DNA of 27,386 bases from positions 1-27,386 of the forward strand of contig QMTU01000001.1 in the NCBI GenBank assembly GCA_003663585.1, given 5' to 3'. Positions within the stretch are counted from its first letter, which is position 1; the number at the start of each line of letters is the position of its first letter. The notes below the pieces were generated by a model. That model had not been told where the DNA came from. It searched no databases and worked only from the letters and a program-made list of their open reading frames with translations. Position numbers and translations under genes: made by a program. This DNA is from Thermoplasmata archaeon (lineage in GTDB: Archaea > Thermoplasmatota > B47-G6). Shown in pieces: positions 16,965-25,132 of this stretch.

Positions 16965-17084
16965 TTTGTTTCCTCCTAGTTACTCTCTAGCCATCTTTCC
17001 CAGCATACTGTACATGAATACTCTGCAGTACAGTCGAACCCTTCTCAACCCTTCTATCCTACTTCGATTAGTTGTCACGTTTCT

Positions 17085-17339
17085 CTAAACGGAACTACCC
17101 GTCTCTAGATCCCATAGTGGAAACTTTACAGAAGTAACGGTTACTCGATCGCCGGGCTGTAACCTATGATCTATGGTTATATGTTCGCGATTAACACGAA
17201 CAAGGTACTTGGCGGGGTTGGCATTTTTTCCCATTTCTTGGAAGAATAGATCTGATATCGTTGCACCTTTAGTAATTACCCTTCTGTTAGCAGATGAATT
17301 GCCATTGTCGTCGGTAAGTATTACATAGATTTCAGACAC
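17085..17339 (-). CDS. Second ubiquitin-like protein (Ubl-2) with extended non-Gly tail
   Basis: Clear paralog of Ubl-1 (LFFxEMG, AxPAxYLxRVNR, LQPGDRxTVT); GTG 17339 behind GGAGGAG aligns with the Ubl-1 start; an in-frame ATG at 17393 is an alternative. Confidence 0.75.
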   Translation of the reverse strand: MSEIYVILTDDNGNSSANRRVITKGATISDLFFQEMGKNANPAKYLVRVNREHITIDHRLQPGDRVTVTSVKFPLWDLETGSSV

Positions 17340-17400
17340 CTTCTCCTCCTGTGCGGGGATAGACATTTCTCCGGCTTGTTCAGAGATTTTCATCACTTCT

Positions 17401-17652
17401 TTATCTCTCCTCCGCGCACACGTCGGCCATCTTCCTAAGTTCGGCAATCGCACTCATCACCAGATACCGAGCACGCTTCTGCGGCACTTCTATTTTGTTG
17501 GCTATCTGCTGATAGCTCTTGCCCTTGCACCGCAGCAGCAGTGCCGCTTCCTCTGCCGGCGTTAGTAGTCCGGTGAACAGGCGCATAATAAACAGTGTTA
17601 ACTCTTTCCCGTATCTTATCTCTTCAGCTTTCATTGGTACTATCTCTTTCAC
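17401..17652 (-). CDS. Sigma70 region 4/LuxR-type HTH protein
   Basis: LTPAEEAALLLRCKGKSYQQIANKIEV...ARYLVMSAIAELRK. Confidence 0.7.
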   Translation of the reverse strand: MKEIVPMKAEEIRYGKELTLFIMRLFTGLLTPAEEAALLLRCKGKSYQQIANKIEVPQKRARYLVMSAIAELRKMADVCAEER

Positions 17653-17969
17653 GTTTCTATCTCCTCTATTCTCCTGTAGATACGACTCTGAAGGCCACGT
17701 TCAGCGCGTTCTCTGCGCAGCTGGGCCACATTTCCCCAGGCTGCGTCCGACAGCTCACACCAGTGCGTAAGGCGGTAGTAGCGGCCAGGGGTATAGGTGA
17801 TGTCACTGGAAGCCACCCGGCCAAACTTAACATAGCCTTCCTTGTTCCACTTCTTTACAATAGCGAAGTCCTCATTATTCATTAAGCTTGTATCAACCCA
17901 GCCTTTATGATCTACTGCCCGCGTTTCCAAATACATCAACAAGCTCGCCTCTGCCTTGCTTAGCTTCAT
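17649..17969 (-). CDS. Hypothetical protein
   Basis: 106-aa ORF with ATGA overlaps. Confidence 0.6.
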   Translation of the reverse strand: MKLSKAEASLLMYLETRAVDHKGWVDTSLMNNEDFAIVKKWNKEGYVKFGRVASSDITYTPGRYYRLTHWCELSDAAWGNVAQLRRERAERGLQSRIYRRIEEIET

Positions 17970-18196
17970 TTTATATCTCCTCTTTCCAGCTTATCTGCAT
18001 ACTCTAGTACAAACTTTATGTGGTCATCATTGCTTCTAAAATACCCTCCTTTTTGTAAAAAGTCGTTTCTATATCTTATGTATCGTAAATGCTGATAGTA
18101 TCCGCAGCCATCTGTTGGCCAGGCAAGTACGTCATGATTTGCTTTCACCCATTTTCGTAGATGGGCCACAACTTCTCTATCTGTCATCCCCCTCAT
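17966..18196 (-). CDS. Hypothetical protein
   Basis: 76-aa ORF in array. Confidence 0.55.
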   Translation of the reverse strand: MRGMTDREVVAHLRKWVKANHDVLAWPTDGCGYYQHLRYIRYRNDFLQKGGYFRSNDDHIKFVLEYADKLERGDIK

Positions 18197-18398
18197 TATT
18201 CTTCTCCTCGATACATTGCTTTAATAGTAATGTAGCCGCTTCCAAGCCAGCTAGACATTGGTCTAGCTTCTGACTGACTTCCTCAAGGGTTTCGTCTGCA
18301 TTCTTAAGATCCTCTGGTATTCCTAGTTGACATCCCTGTAGATAAATAGCTAGCAGGGCGGATGAAATAAGCCGCAAAACAAACTTTATACTACTCAT
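18177..18398 (-). CDS. Small coiled-coil lipoprotein
   Basis: Signal peptide with lipobox-like LQGC, then heptad-rich helix. Confidence 0.6.
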   Translation of the reverse strand: MSSIKFVLRLISSALLAIYLQGCQLGIPEDLKNADETLEEVSQKLDQCLAGLEAATLLLKQCIEEKNNEGDDR

Positions 18399-18408
18399 GG
18401 CCTTGCTC

Positions 18409-18891
18409 CTATGAACTCCAGTTCGTAATTAGCTGTAGATCTTGTTTTCTAATTTCTGCAAGCCTCTTTTTCTCTTCCTCTACCTTCTCATTTATCTGCC
18501 TTCTCTTAACAAGATCTATCTCGCTCAAGAGATCGATGATTAGGCTCTCGATCTTGGGTACCCAGGGACCCTCTTTAGTCCACCTTCCGTCTTCCCATAC
18601 ACAAACCCAGTTACCATTCTGAAGCTTTGGCATGGGGTCTCCGTAGACACGTGGATCCTGACATCCCCGTACCACTTTGGCGGATTGAGATGGAGCTATG
18701 TAGATAGAGCAATATTCATGTGGGCTATATCGCGATACCAGAAGTATTCCTTTTTTGTAATGGCATAATCGAGCCTGTTGGTAGCAAAAACCGTCCATAT
18801 TAGTAATTGCATACTTATAGAGAGTACGGATAAAGTTATCCATTCCATGTTTACTTGATAGAAGCTCTCGTGCTGCGCTAAGTGTATACAT
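18409..18891 (-). CDS. Hypothetical protein
   Basis: Start refined to ATG 18891 (GAGGA RBS). Confidence 0.6.
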   Translation of the reverse strand: MYTLSAARELLSSKHGMDNFIRTLYKYAITNMDGFCYQQARLCHYKKGILLVSRYSPHEYCSIYIAPSQSAKVVRGCQDPRVYGDPMPKLQNGNWVCVWEDGRWTKEGPWVPKIESLIIDLLSEIDLVKRRQINEKVEEEKKRLAEIRKQDLQLITNWSS

Positions 18892-18899
18892 GATAGTCC

Positions 18900-19139
18900 T
18901 CACTCCTCTTCGACATATACAGCACCTCCCGTAAGCCGGAAGATTGCAACTGGAACAACTACATCTGGATGCGTTTGATCCATCAGATAACGCCAACGTA
19001 CTTCCACTGGTACGTCATCGCGTAGTACAGAATATCGTTTATAGAACGGAGGTAATGGTAGATCAATAATGCGTACATCTGTATACCCATCTTTCCAAAG
19101 GAAGAGTGCTTTTATAGTTGTGTTAGGGTCTGGAAGCAT
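18900..19139 (-). CDS. Hypothetical protein
   Basis: Start refined to ATG 19139, TAATG-coupled to the E2-C stop. Confidence 0.55.
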   Translation of the reverse strand: MLPDPNTTIKALFLWKDGYTDVRIIDLPLPPFYKRYSVLRDDVPVEVRWRYLMDQTHPDVVVPVAIFRLTGGAVYVEEE

Positions 19140-19888
19140 TATAGTCCTCTGTGTGAAGCACAGGCGCTGCAAAAGTGTCTGTCCTTATTAATTATGGCAC
19201 AACGATTACAGATCGGCACCATGCAGCTACAGCAACGTTCATCATTTGCAACTATATTGCCACAGTCTGCACAAGAGTATCCATACCAGTTACCAATTGG
19301 AAAATAAGAGTCTTCTGCGCAGTATGACGAAAGTACGGCCTTGGCAATATCAAGACAACTTACTAAATCATTTCTTCTTGCACTTTTAACAAAGGAGTCG
19401 ACTCCTCTTCCTAAACAAATACTACAGGAGACACTAACGTGGGGATGGAATCGTCTGGGTTCTGGTATTGCATAGACAGGAGATACTGCATATGCTATAG
19501 CACCATAGGACATAGTTGCTCCTCTTGGAGGAGAGGGTGTTATCATAAACCCAATACCTACGAAGAAACGCCCAAGGTTTACTTCGCTAAAAACAATATC
19601 TTCCTTAGTAGGGCCTCCTATAAGGCTAATTACATCGAAGGGTGGCCTGTTATTATATCGGCGTACACCGATAGCTATCTTCTTATACATTTCTAGTAAG
19701 GCGGAGAGGTTTGGCTTAATCTTTGTTTGTACAATCCAAGAAACTCTACGCCTACAGATCGGATATAGCATTGCTGCGCGGATCGCTGGCTTAGCTATTT
19801 GCAAATCATCTTCATTTTCTATGATCAAAAACTGGTTACCCATTAGAGTAATAACGGGGAGGTTCCTGGTTTTTCCTCGAGAGCTCAT
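19139..19888 (-). CDS. E2/UBC-like protein with C-terminal Zn finger (paralog C)
   Basis: RFHPHVSVSCSICLGRG...RNDL...DI...L.SY...W.G..CADCG, colinear with paralog B; start refined to ATG 19888. Confidence 0.7.
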   Translation of the reverse strand: MSSRGKTRNLPVITLMGNQFLIIENEDDLQIAKPAIRAAMLYPICRRRVSWIVQTKIKPNLSALLEMYKKIAIGVRRYNNRPPFDVISLIGGPTKEDIVFSEVNLGRFFVGIGFMITPSPPRGATMSYGAIAYAVSPVYAIPEPRRFHPHVSVSCSICLGRGVDSFVKSARRNDLVSCLDIAKAVLSSYCAEDSYFPIGNWYGYSCADCGNIVANDERCCSCMVPICNRCAIINKDRHFCSACASHRGL

Positions 19889-19908
19889 AGGATAGCCTCC
19901 TAACAACT

Positions 19909-20139
19909 TCAGAAGGCGTCTCTGGCTGCTATATCACCCGGACAGGGATTTGGGTCATCTGGCCAAACCCATTCTTCGCCGCGCAGCTCAAGTGTCCCCC
20001 GGCTACCGTCGGCATATACTATATGAGCTGTCGGCCGCGTGCCATTATATGGAATCTGGATTACAATGGAGCGTATGGAATAGGTGGATACTAGATCGCC
20101 AAGCTTTTCGCCAAGCTTCGTTAGATGGTGAATATCCAT
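19909..20139 (-). CDS. Hypothetical protein
   Basis: Start refined to ATG 20139 (AAAGGAG RBS). Confidence 0.55.
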   Translation of the reverse strand: MDIHHLTKLGEKLGDLVSTYSIRSIVIQIPYNGTRPTAHIVYADGSRGTLELRGEEWVWPDDPNPCPGDIAARDAF

Positions 20140-20152
20140 TGCAAGGTCTCCT

Positions 20153-20812
20153 TTAACGGAGTGCATCCTCAGTTACTTGTCTGATTGCTTTTACTGGGCA
20201 GCCATATAGCCATCCAGTTTCTGGCTCGCCACCACCCTGACGGTTAAATTGTGGGCCAAATTGACTGACTACTCCCACTAGTTTATTGTCGGAATCAAAG
20301 ATTCCTCCACCACTATTGCCATACCAAATAGTGGCATCGAATTGGTTTGCTATCATTCCGTAGTGATCTCTAACGTATATCTTACTTACAATCCCGTAAC
20401 TAAATGCATCACATTCTCCTGCGCCGCAGCCAGTAATCCAGACATCTTGTCCTACCTCCGGCTCTACTTTGGCTATCTCCGCACGCAGATTAAGGTTCAG
20501 GTCTCTAGGAATGCTTAAAACAGCGATGTCTGTTGTCTCAAAGCTGTCAATGGCAATAACTTCTACGGGATAAAGACTTCCGGTTGAGTCTTGCACGTAA
20601 AGCTGTACTGGAGGCCCATTCACGCAGTGTGATGCAGTGACTATTCCTCTGCTGGTTAAAGTTGTACCACAGATGGGACTGCTATAGTTTTCCATATATA
20701 ACGGGAGGTTATATTCTGCGAGGAGATAGAAGTTGGGTTTCTCGTTACCGGAGTAAACGGTAACGTTAGTACATGCAGACAGCATTATCAGTAGTGCCAG
20801 AAGATATTTCAT
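20153..20812 (-). CDS. Trypsin-like serine protease lipoprotein
   Basis: Lipobox LSAC; VTASHC, TDIAVL, GNSGGG. Confidence 0.85.
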   Translation of the reverse strand: MKYLLALLIMLSACTNVTVYSGNEKPNFYLLAEYNLPLYMENYSSPICGTTLTSRGIVTASHCVNGPPVQLYVQDSTGSLYPVEVIAIDSFETTDIAVLSIPRDLNLNLRAEIAKVEPEVGQDVWITGCGAGECDAFSYGIVSKIYVRDHYGMIANQFDATIWYGNSGGGIFDSDNKLVGVVSQFGPQFNRQGGGEPETGWLYGCPVKAIRQVTEDALR

Positions 20813-21006
20813 CTGCTAGTTCTCTTTCTGTATGACTCTATTTCTGAAATAGTAGCTTCTACAAAGTATTTGCAATTGTTATCTGCATCAACAGGAGGAG
20901 GATTTGCAAAGTAAGACTGCCAGTATTTGCTAGGTCTAGCAATGTGTCTGTAGCACTCAAGTTTTCGGGGACAGTTAAATCCTGGGCACATAGTAATATC
21001 TGGCAT
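20809..21006 (-). CDS. Small Cys-rich phage protein
   Basis: MPDITMC...CPRKLECYRH pattern; GGAGG RBS. Confidence 0.6.
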   Translation of the reverse strand: MPDITMCPGFNCPRKLECYRHIARPSKYWQSYFANPPPVDADNNCKYFVEATISEIESYRKRTSR

Positions 21007-21062
21007 TCTATGCCTCCAATCTCTCTCTCTGAAACTCTTTAAACCTCTGGCTTCTACTGTAT

Positions 21063-21392
21063 CTACTTATCGATCCCATTGGCTAGTCTCCTGTCTGCGA
21101 GATACTTATAAGTCCAGAGGGCTCCGCCGGCAACCATGCCAATGACATAGGATATACATATAAGTACTCGCATTACATCCGTTACATCAGCAGGTGATGC
21201 AAATGGATCTATCCCAAACATTATATGGAGCGGTATGAGGACCAGGACGGTTGTGCCAACGATGAGAGCGCATGGCAGTGCGACTGCTCCAAGCAAGCCA
21301 CCACCAGCCATGCATGGTACTAGTAGAAGCAGGAACATTGCAAAGGATGGCTTTTTCATAGATCTCGCTTCTCTATTTATCGGGATCTCCAT
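21063..21392 (-). CDS. Membrane protein (about 3 TM)
   Basis: Long hydrophobic stretches; AAAGGAG RBS. Confidence 0.6.
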   Translation of the reverse strand: MEIPINREARSMKKPSFAMFLLLLVPCMAGGGLLGAVALPCALIVGTTVLVLIPLHIMFGIDPFASPADVTDVMRVLICISYVIGMVAGGALWTYKYLADRRLANGIDK

Positions 21393-21474
21393 TCCTGTTT
21401 CTCCTTTCTGGCCTTTAGATATAGACGGGTCCAGAGCAATGCGGCAGTGAGGGCTTCTTGATGGTATTCATCGG

Positions 21475-21519
21475 TTTTTCCCTAGCCTAGGGACTAGCAG
21501 GAGTCATCTCCCTCCTGCT
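21475..21519 (-). other. Tandem intergenic hairpins followed by an A-tract on the sense strand
   Basis: TCCCTA-GCC-TAGGGA (21479-21493) and AGCAGGAG-N8-CTCCTGCT (21496-21519). Confidence 0.6.
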
Positions 21520-21526
21520 GAAATGG

Positions 21527-22093
21527 TCAACCGCCATCGTTGCCAACTTCGAAGTCACATAGGTGGGTGTCATAAAGGAGTTCCAGCTCTACCTCGCTTG
21601 ACCAGCTTCCGCTTACGCCCTCACAAAATCCTTCCATATGAAGTCTCAGTCTTGCGCCATTTTCTGTGAACTGAAGTTCACCATCGTCGATTCTACAACA
21701 CTTTTGTCCCCAGTCTTCCGTCTCAACTTTATCTACGCATCTGACCTTCAAATCCTTGTCCATTACGCCAAAGCATGTAAACATTTGGACTGCATCTCCA
21801 GACTGGCTTACAGAAAGCGCGATGCCGTCGCTGAGAGTAAATTCTTCCCGCTCTGTGCCGCTTGGGGTGATAAATTCTTGATAGCCGCTCTTTATTACGT
21901 ATACTCCACTTACGTCAACTGTGGAAGGAAGTTCCTGTTCGTCGTTGGATGTGGCACAGCCCTGGCAAGTAAGTCCCAACAGTACCAGCGCCGCTACCAG
22001 GAGGCCGAAGGATAGAAGCGGATGCTTCTTAACTGCTGCGACTGCTTTCTCGGTCATGCTCTTCAAGCTCTCTACCAAGTTCTTGAGTTTCAT
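21527..22093 (-). CDS. Probable lipoprotein
   Basis: Hydrophobic segment ending LTCQGC, then beta-rich soluble domain. Confidence 0.6.
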   Translation of the reverse strand: MKLKNLVESLKSMTEKAVAAVKKHPLLSFGLLVAALVLLGLTCQGCATSNDEQELPSTVDVSGVYVIKSGYQEFITPSGTEREEFTLSDGIALSVSQSGDAVQMFTCFGVMDKDLKVRCVDKVETEDWGQKCCRIDDGELQFTENGARLRLHMEGFCEGVSGSWSSEVELELLYDTHLCDFEVGNDGG

Positions 22094-22102
22094 GCTTTCC
22101 TC

Positions 22103-22636
22103 CTATTTTGCGGAAGATCTTGTTCGTTGATGAGGGCCAGACACCAATTGATCTTTGGCCGCTCGCCTGTGTGAGAGGGAATACTTAACATATTTAATAT
22201 GTTGCTTGCAAGTCTTACATCTAACGCCAACGTGAATACAGACGCGTTCGCGTTTTCCAAATCGACGAAGATCTATTTGGTTACGAGCTTTGTCAACCAG
22301 CGTGTTGCCTGTATCGGAATGCGGTAGCTCCTTTTTATGAGTTACCATATAATAGATTGCAGTTGCCGATTTGCCACAGGCTGGGCAGTCAGGGTTTTGA
22401 CATGTGTATTGTTTCTCCTGCGCCTGATTAAGGTGTCTGAAATCTTGTGCGGTTAGCGACCTTTCCCATGGCAGTGGAGTACTACCAAACCGCATGCGTG
22501 CCTTGCCTGACTTTGGATCTCCAGCCAGAATAGCTTCCATTGTTGGATTATCTACACAACGACCATAAAGCTCGAGATACTCGCGCTTATAGTCGTGCAG
22601 CTGGATCAAGTCTCCCTTCTTTCTCTTATTAATCAT
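22103..22636 (-). CDS. Hypothetical protein with Zn-ribbon-like Cys pairs
   Basis: CQNPDCPAC and CKTC. Confidence 0.55.
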   Translation of the reverse strand: MINKRKKGDLIQLHDYKREYLELYGRCVDNPTMEAILAGDPKSGKARMRFGSTPLPWERSLTAQDFRHLNQAQEKQYTCQNPDCPACGKSATAIYYMVTHKKELPHSDTGNTLVDKARNQIDLRRFGKRERVCIHVGVRCKTCKQHIKYVKYSLSHRRAAKDQLVSGPHQRTRSSAK

Positions 22637-23415
22637 AGAAGAGCCCTCCTCAAGCGCAGAAGTTCTGCATCAAGTAGCCTGATATAGGTTTCTGGCCTAT
22701 ATCTTGGTAGTTTGCAGTTACCAGACTCAACAATTTCCTTTGCCAGCTTAATGTTATAGTCCTGTTCTTCTTCTATAGAATACCTCTCTCTGTCACTTAA
22801 CATAGTATTATCATCTGATACATTCTGCAATAGTATTTCATATATCTCAGTCTTATCGGAGACTTCTGTAAGCTCAAAGGGATCAGATATAATATGGCCA
22901 GCTTTTAACGCGGCAAGACTGGCTAGTATATAGTAATATGATTCGAAGGCACACCGATACGTTCTGTGTGTCAATGCTCGAGCAGACACCATCGAGCGTA
23001 TTGTATTTAAGGCATCTTCTTGTGACAAACAGGAGATGGCAATATCGAGAAATGGCTCCATGTCCGCGTTCTCGTAAATATACTGCGTATCCATTCTAAT
23101 GAAGTGCTTTAAATCATGTCCTGTGGCGAAGTGTCTGCACCATGGCCCTATTTCGATCAGGTTAGCCATACAACCATTTTCCCTACTTGCTAGAAACCAC
23201 TGTGTCTTTGGAGTGTTGTCTGAGTTTCTAATGCTAAGCAGCAGTTCGGTGTCAAGAAAGTACACTCCGCATATCTTGTCGAGAGTGTTGTTATCATAGA
23301 GACCATATGCAGTGCCTATTGTTGGGTATAGGCACAATATATATGCTCCGGAGTTCGACGCTGCTTCGTCTAAGATGAACTGCTTAGCTCTTTCAAAATC
23401 TTTTCGAATAACCAT
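22633..23415 (-). CDS. Hypothetical protein
   Basis: 260-aa ORF in array. Confidence 0.6.
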   Translation of the reverse strand: MVIRKDFERAKQFILDEAASNSGAYILCLYPTIGTAYGLYDNNTLDKICGVYFLDTELLLSIRNSDNTPKTQWFLASRENGCMANLIEIGPWCRHFATGHDLKHFIRMDTQYIYENADMEPFLDIAISCLSQEDALNTIRSMVSARALTHRTYRCAFESYYYILASLAALKAGHIISDPFELTEVSDKTEIYEILLQNVSDDNTMLSDRERYSIEEEQDYNIKLAKEIVESGNCKLPRYRPETYIRLLDAELLRLRRALL

Positions 23416-23424
23416 TATACTTCC

Positions 23425-23772
23425 TTAGAACGGTACACCATCATCGGAGACTACGGAGGTATTAGTTGTCTGGTCCTCAAAGTCGGGTTTCTGTTGATTT
23501 TGGGAATAGGCCTGCAGAATAGTATTTTGCAAGGTATTTCTGAAGGCTGCGCCTGGAGAATTCTTGTCTTGAGCATTTACGAAGAATATATCGTCTCGAA
23601 ACTTGCCATCTGTACCACGGCGACTAGGCATGCCAACGAAAAGTCCTTCGCTTCCTCTCACAACACGAAACCCTTTTACAACGAGGATATCATCGAGAGT
23701 TACGCTGGCGAAAGCTACTACCTTGCTTTTGGGGTTCTGCAGTTTAAATACGCGTACATCTGTGATCTTCAT
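23425..23772 (-). CDS. spoVG: SpoVG family nucleic-acid-binding protein with acidic DDGVPF tail
   Basis: MKITDVRV, AFASVTLDD, VKGFRVVRGSEGLFVGMPSRR, FRDDIFF. Confidence 0.9.
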   Translation of the reverse strand: MKITDVRVFKLQNPKSKVVAFASVTLDDILVVKGFRVVRGSEGLFVGMPSRRGTDGKFRDDIFFVNAQDKNSPGAAFRNTLQNTILQAYSQNQQKPDFEDQTTNTSVVSDDGVPF

Positions 23773-24353
23773 GTTCTATCTCCTTCCGGAAGCTGATTGT
23801 TTCCTATTATGTGCTCTTCTCTACATAAATCAAAGCATATCTGAGCGCGCCTAATATATCTGGCAGCTTCCTCATATGCCCTCATTAGTTGGTCTTTGTC
23901 TATGTTGTCAGTCTTTATTGTCACATTACCAGGAGCCCTAGTATGTAGAAATTCCTCAAGCTCTATTCCTTGTGTATCATCTATATTGTATGGCTCGCTT
24001 CTTGTTTCCTGGGGTCTAGTGAGAGCTCTTTTCTTACATGTCTCCGTGTTAGCGACTAGCTTGACAGTATAAACATCATGATCAAGATTTTCAAACAGCT
24101 CTCTAAGTCGCCACAAGACCCCAGTAGACTCGAGTACAAAATACTTGTTGGTATCTTCTAAAAGATTAGGCAATGCTGCATGCCATACATAGTCCTCTAT
24201 AGCAGAGGAAGATGAATGGTACTTTAACATTCTAGCTGTATGTTCTCTTACTTCGTCTATTGCAATGTGTGTCCATTCATTGAATTTCCCGACGAACCAT
24301 TTTGCAAAGGTCGTCTTGCCCGACGCAATAGGGCCTATAAGATTCACTATCAT
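23769..24353 (-). CDS. P-loop kinase (nucleoside/polynucleotide kinase-like)
   Basis: N-terminal Walker A GPIASGKTT, IDEVR, lid motif CKKRALTR. Confidence 0.75.
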   Translation of the reverse strand: MIVNLIGPIASGKTTFAKWFVGKFNEWTHIAIDEVREHTARMLKYHSSSSAIEDYVWHAALPNLLEDTNKYFVLESTGVLWRLRELFENLDHDVYTVKLVANTETCKKRALTRPQETRSEPYNIDDTQGIELEEFLHTRAPGNVTIKTDNIDKDQLMRAYEEAARYIRRAQICFDLCREEHIIGNNQLPEGDRT

Positions 24354-25116
24354 TTTGCATCTTCCTCCAATAGGGAACAGCTTTCTGTAGGAAACTCCTT
24401 ATTTCTTCGGTAGATACGAAGAAGGAGGCTCTGGTTGGAGCCATAGGAGAACCCTCTCTGAGCAACTCTGCACAGAAAATTCCTATTAGTGTGTCTGTCT
24501 GTTCCTCAAATATAGGACTCCCGCTGCCGCCGGGACCTCCAATAAACTGTGCTTGAACAAGTTCAAACTTGTTCTCAGTATTCAGATATCTTAATCCAAC
24601 TTTGCTAAAAAGAGTGATAATTTGGCTAATCCTGTGAGCTCGCAAAAGCATATATATGCGTGTCTTTGGAGAAGGAGTTTTAATTGCAAGAGTTACTGTA
24701 GGAACATAATTATCCTGAAGGTTAATGCTGAAGAGTGCAAGATCTCGGTCGAAATCAATTCCTGCTAATCGGAAATAAGTTGAGTCTTCTGCCAAGATAC
24801 CAGAGCAAAGCCTTCTCTGCTTTACAAGTGAGGCTAAATATTCTATTCGAGCCTTAAAAGTTGTACGGTCTATTCGGCCAAGCCTTAAGAGGTCAACAAG
24901 CTTGCTAAGTAAAAGATTATAGTTACAGGAATGGGCGACGCTTAATATCATACACCTATGCTGTTTGTTACATCCTAGTATAATACCATTAGTATAATGC
25001 CTGTTCAGAAACAACATTCCGCGTACACTGTCAATATTATCCCTGAAGCTATTTGCGTAAGATGTAAATGGAAATATTACTAATATTATCAAGCTCAACT
25101 TACCTAGGAGTTTCAT
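24277..25116 (-). CDS. Divergent exported trypsin-like protease
   Basis: Signal peptide; LSVAHSC, RDLALF, PGGSGSPIF; start refined to ATG 25116. Confidence 0.65.
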   Translation of the reverse strand: MKLLGKLSLIILVIFPFTSYANSFRDNIDSVRGMLFLNRHYTNGIILGCNKQHRCMILSVAHSCNYNLLLSKLVDLLRLGRIDRTTFKARIEYLASLVKQRRLCSGILAEDSTYFRLAGIDFDRDLALFSINLQDNYVPTVTLAIKTPSPKTRIYMLLRAHRISQIITLFSKVGLRYLNTENKFELVQAQFIGGPGGSGSPIFEEQTDTLIGIFCAELLREGSPMAPTRASFFVSTEEIRSFLQKAVPYWRKMQNDSESYRPYCVGQDDLCKMVRREIQ

Positions 25117-25132
25117 TACTACTCCCTTCTGT

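Noticed and set aside
17000-17060. GGGTTCGAC T-loop-like motif, 7-bp inverted repeat and a possible 32-codon ORF in the 16965-17084 gap
   Set aside because: No T-stem or cloverleaf pairing, so not a tRNA; the small ORF has no supporting evidence
18177-18398. Lipoprotein as an o-spanin
   Set aside because: No adjacent or overlapping i-spanin or endolysin, and it is not Pro-rich
21410-21466. 18-codon ORF MNTIKKPSLPHCSGPVYI after the tandem hairpins
   Set aside because: No clear RBS and too short to support
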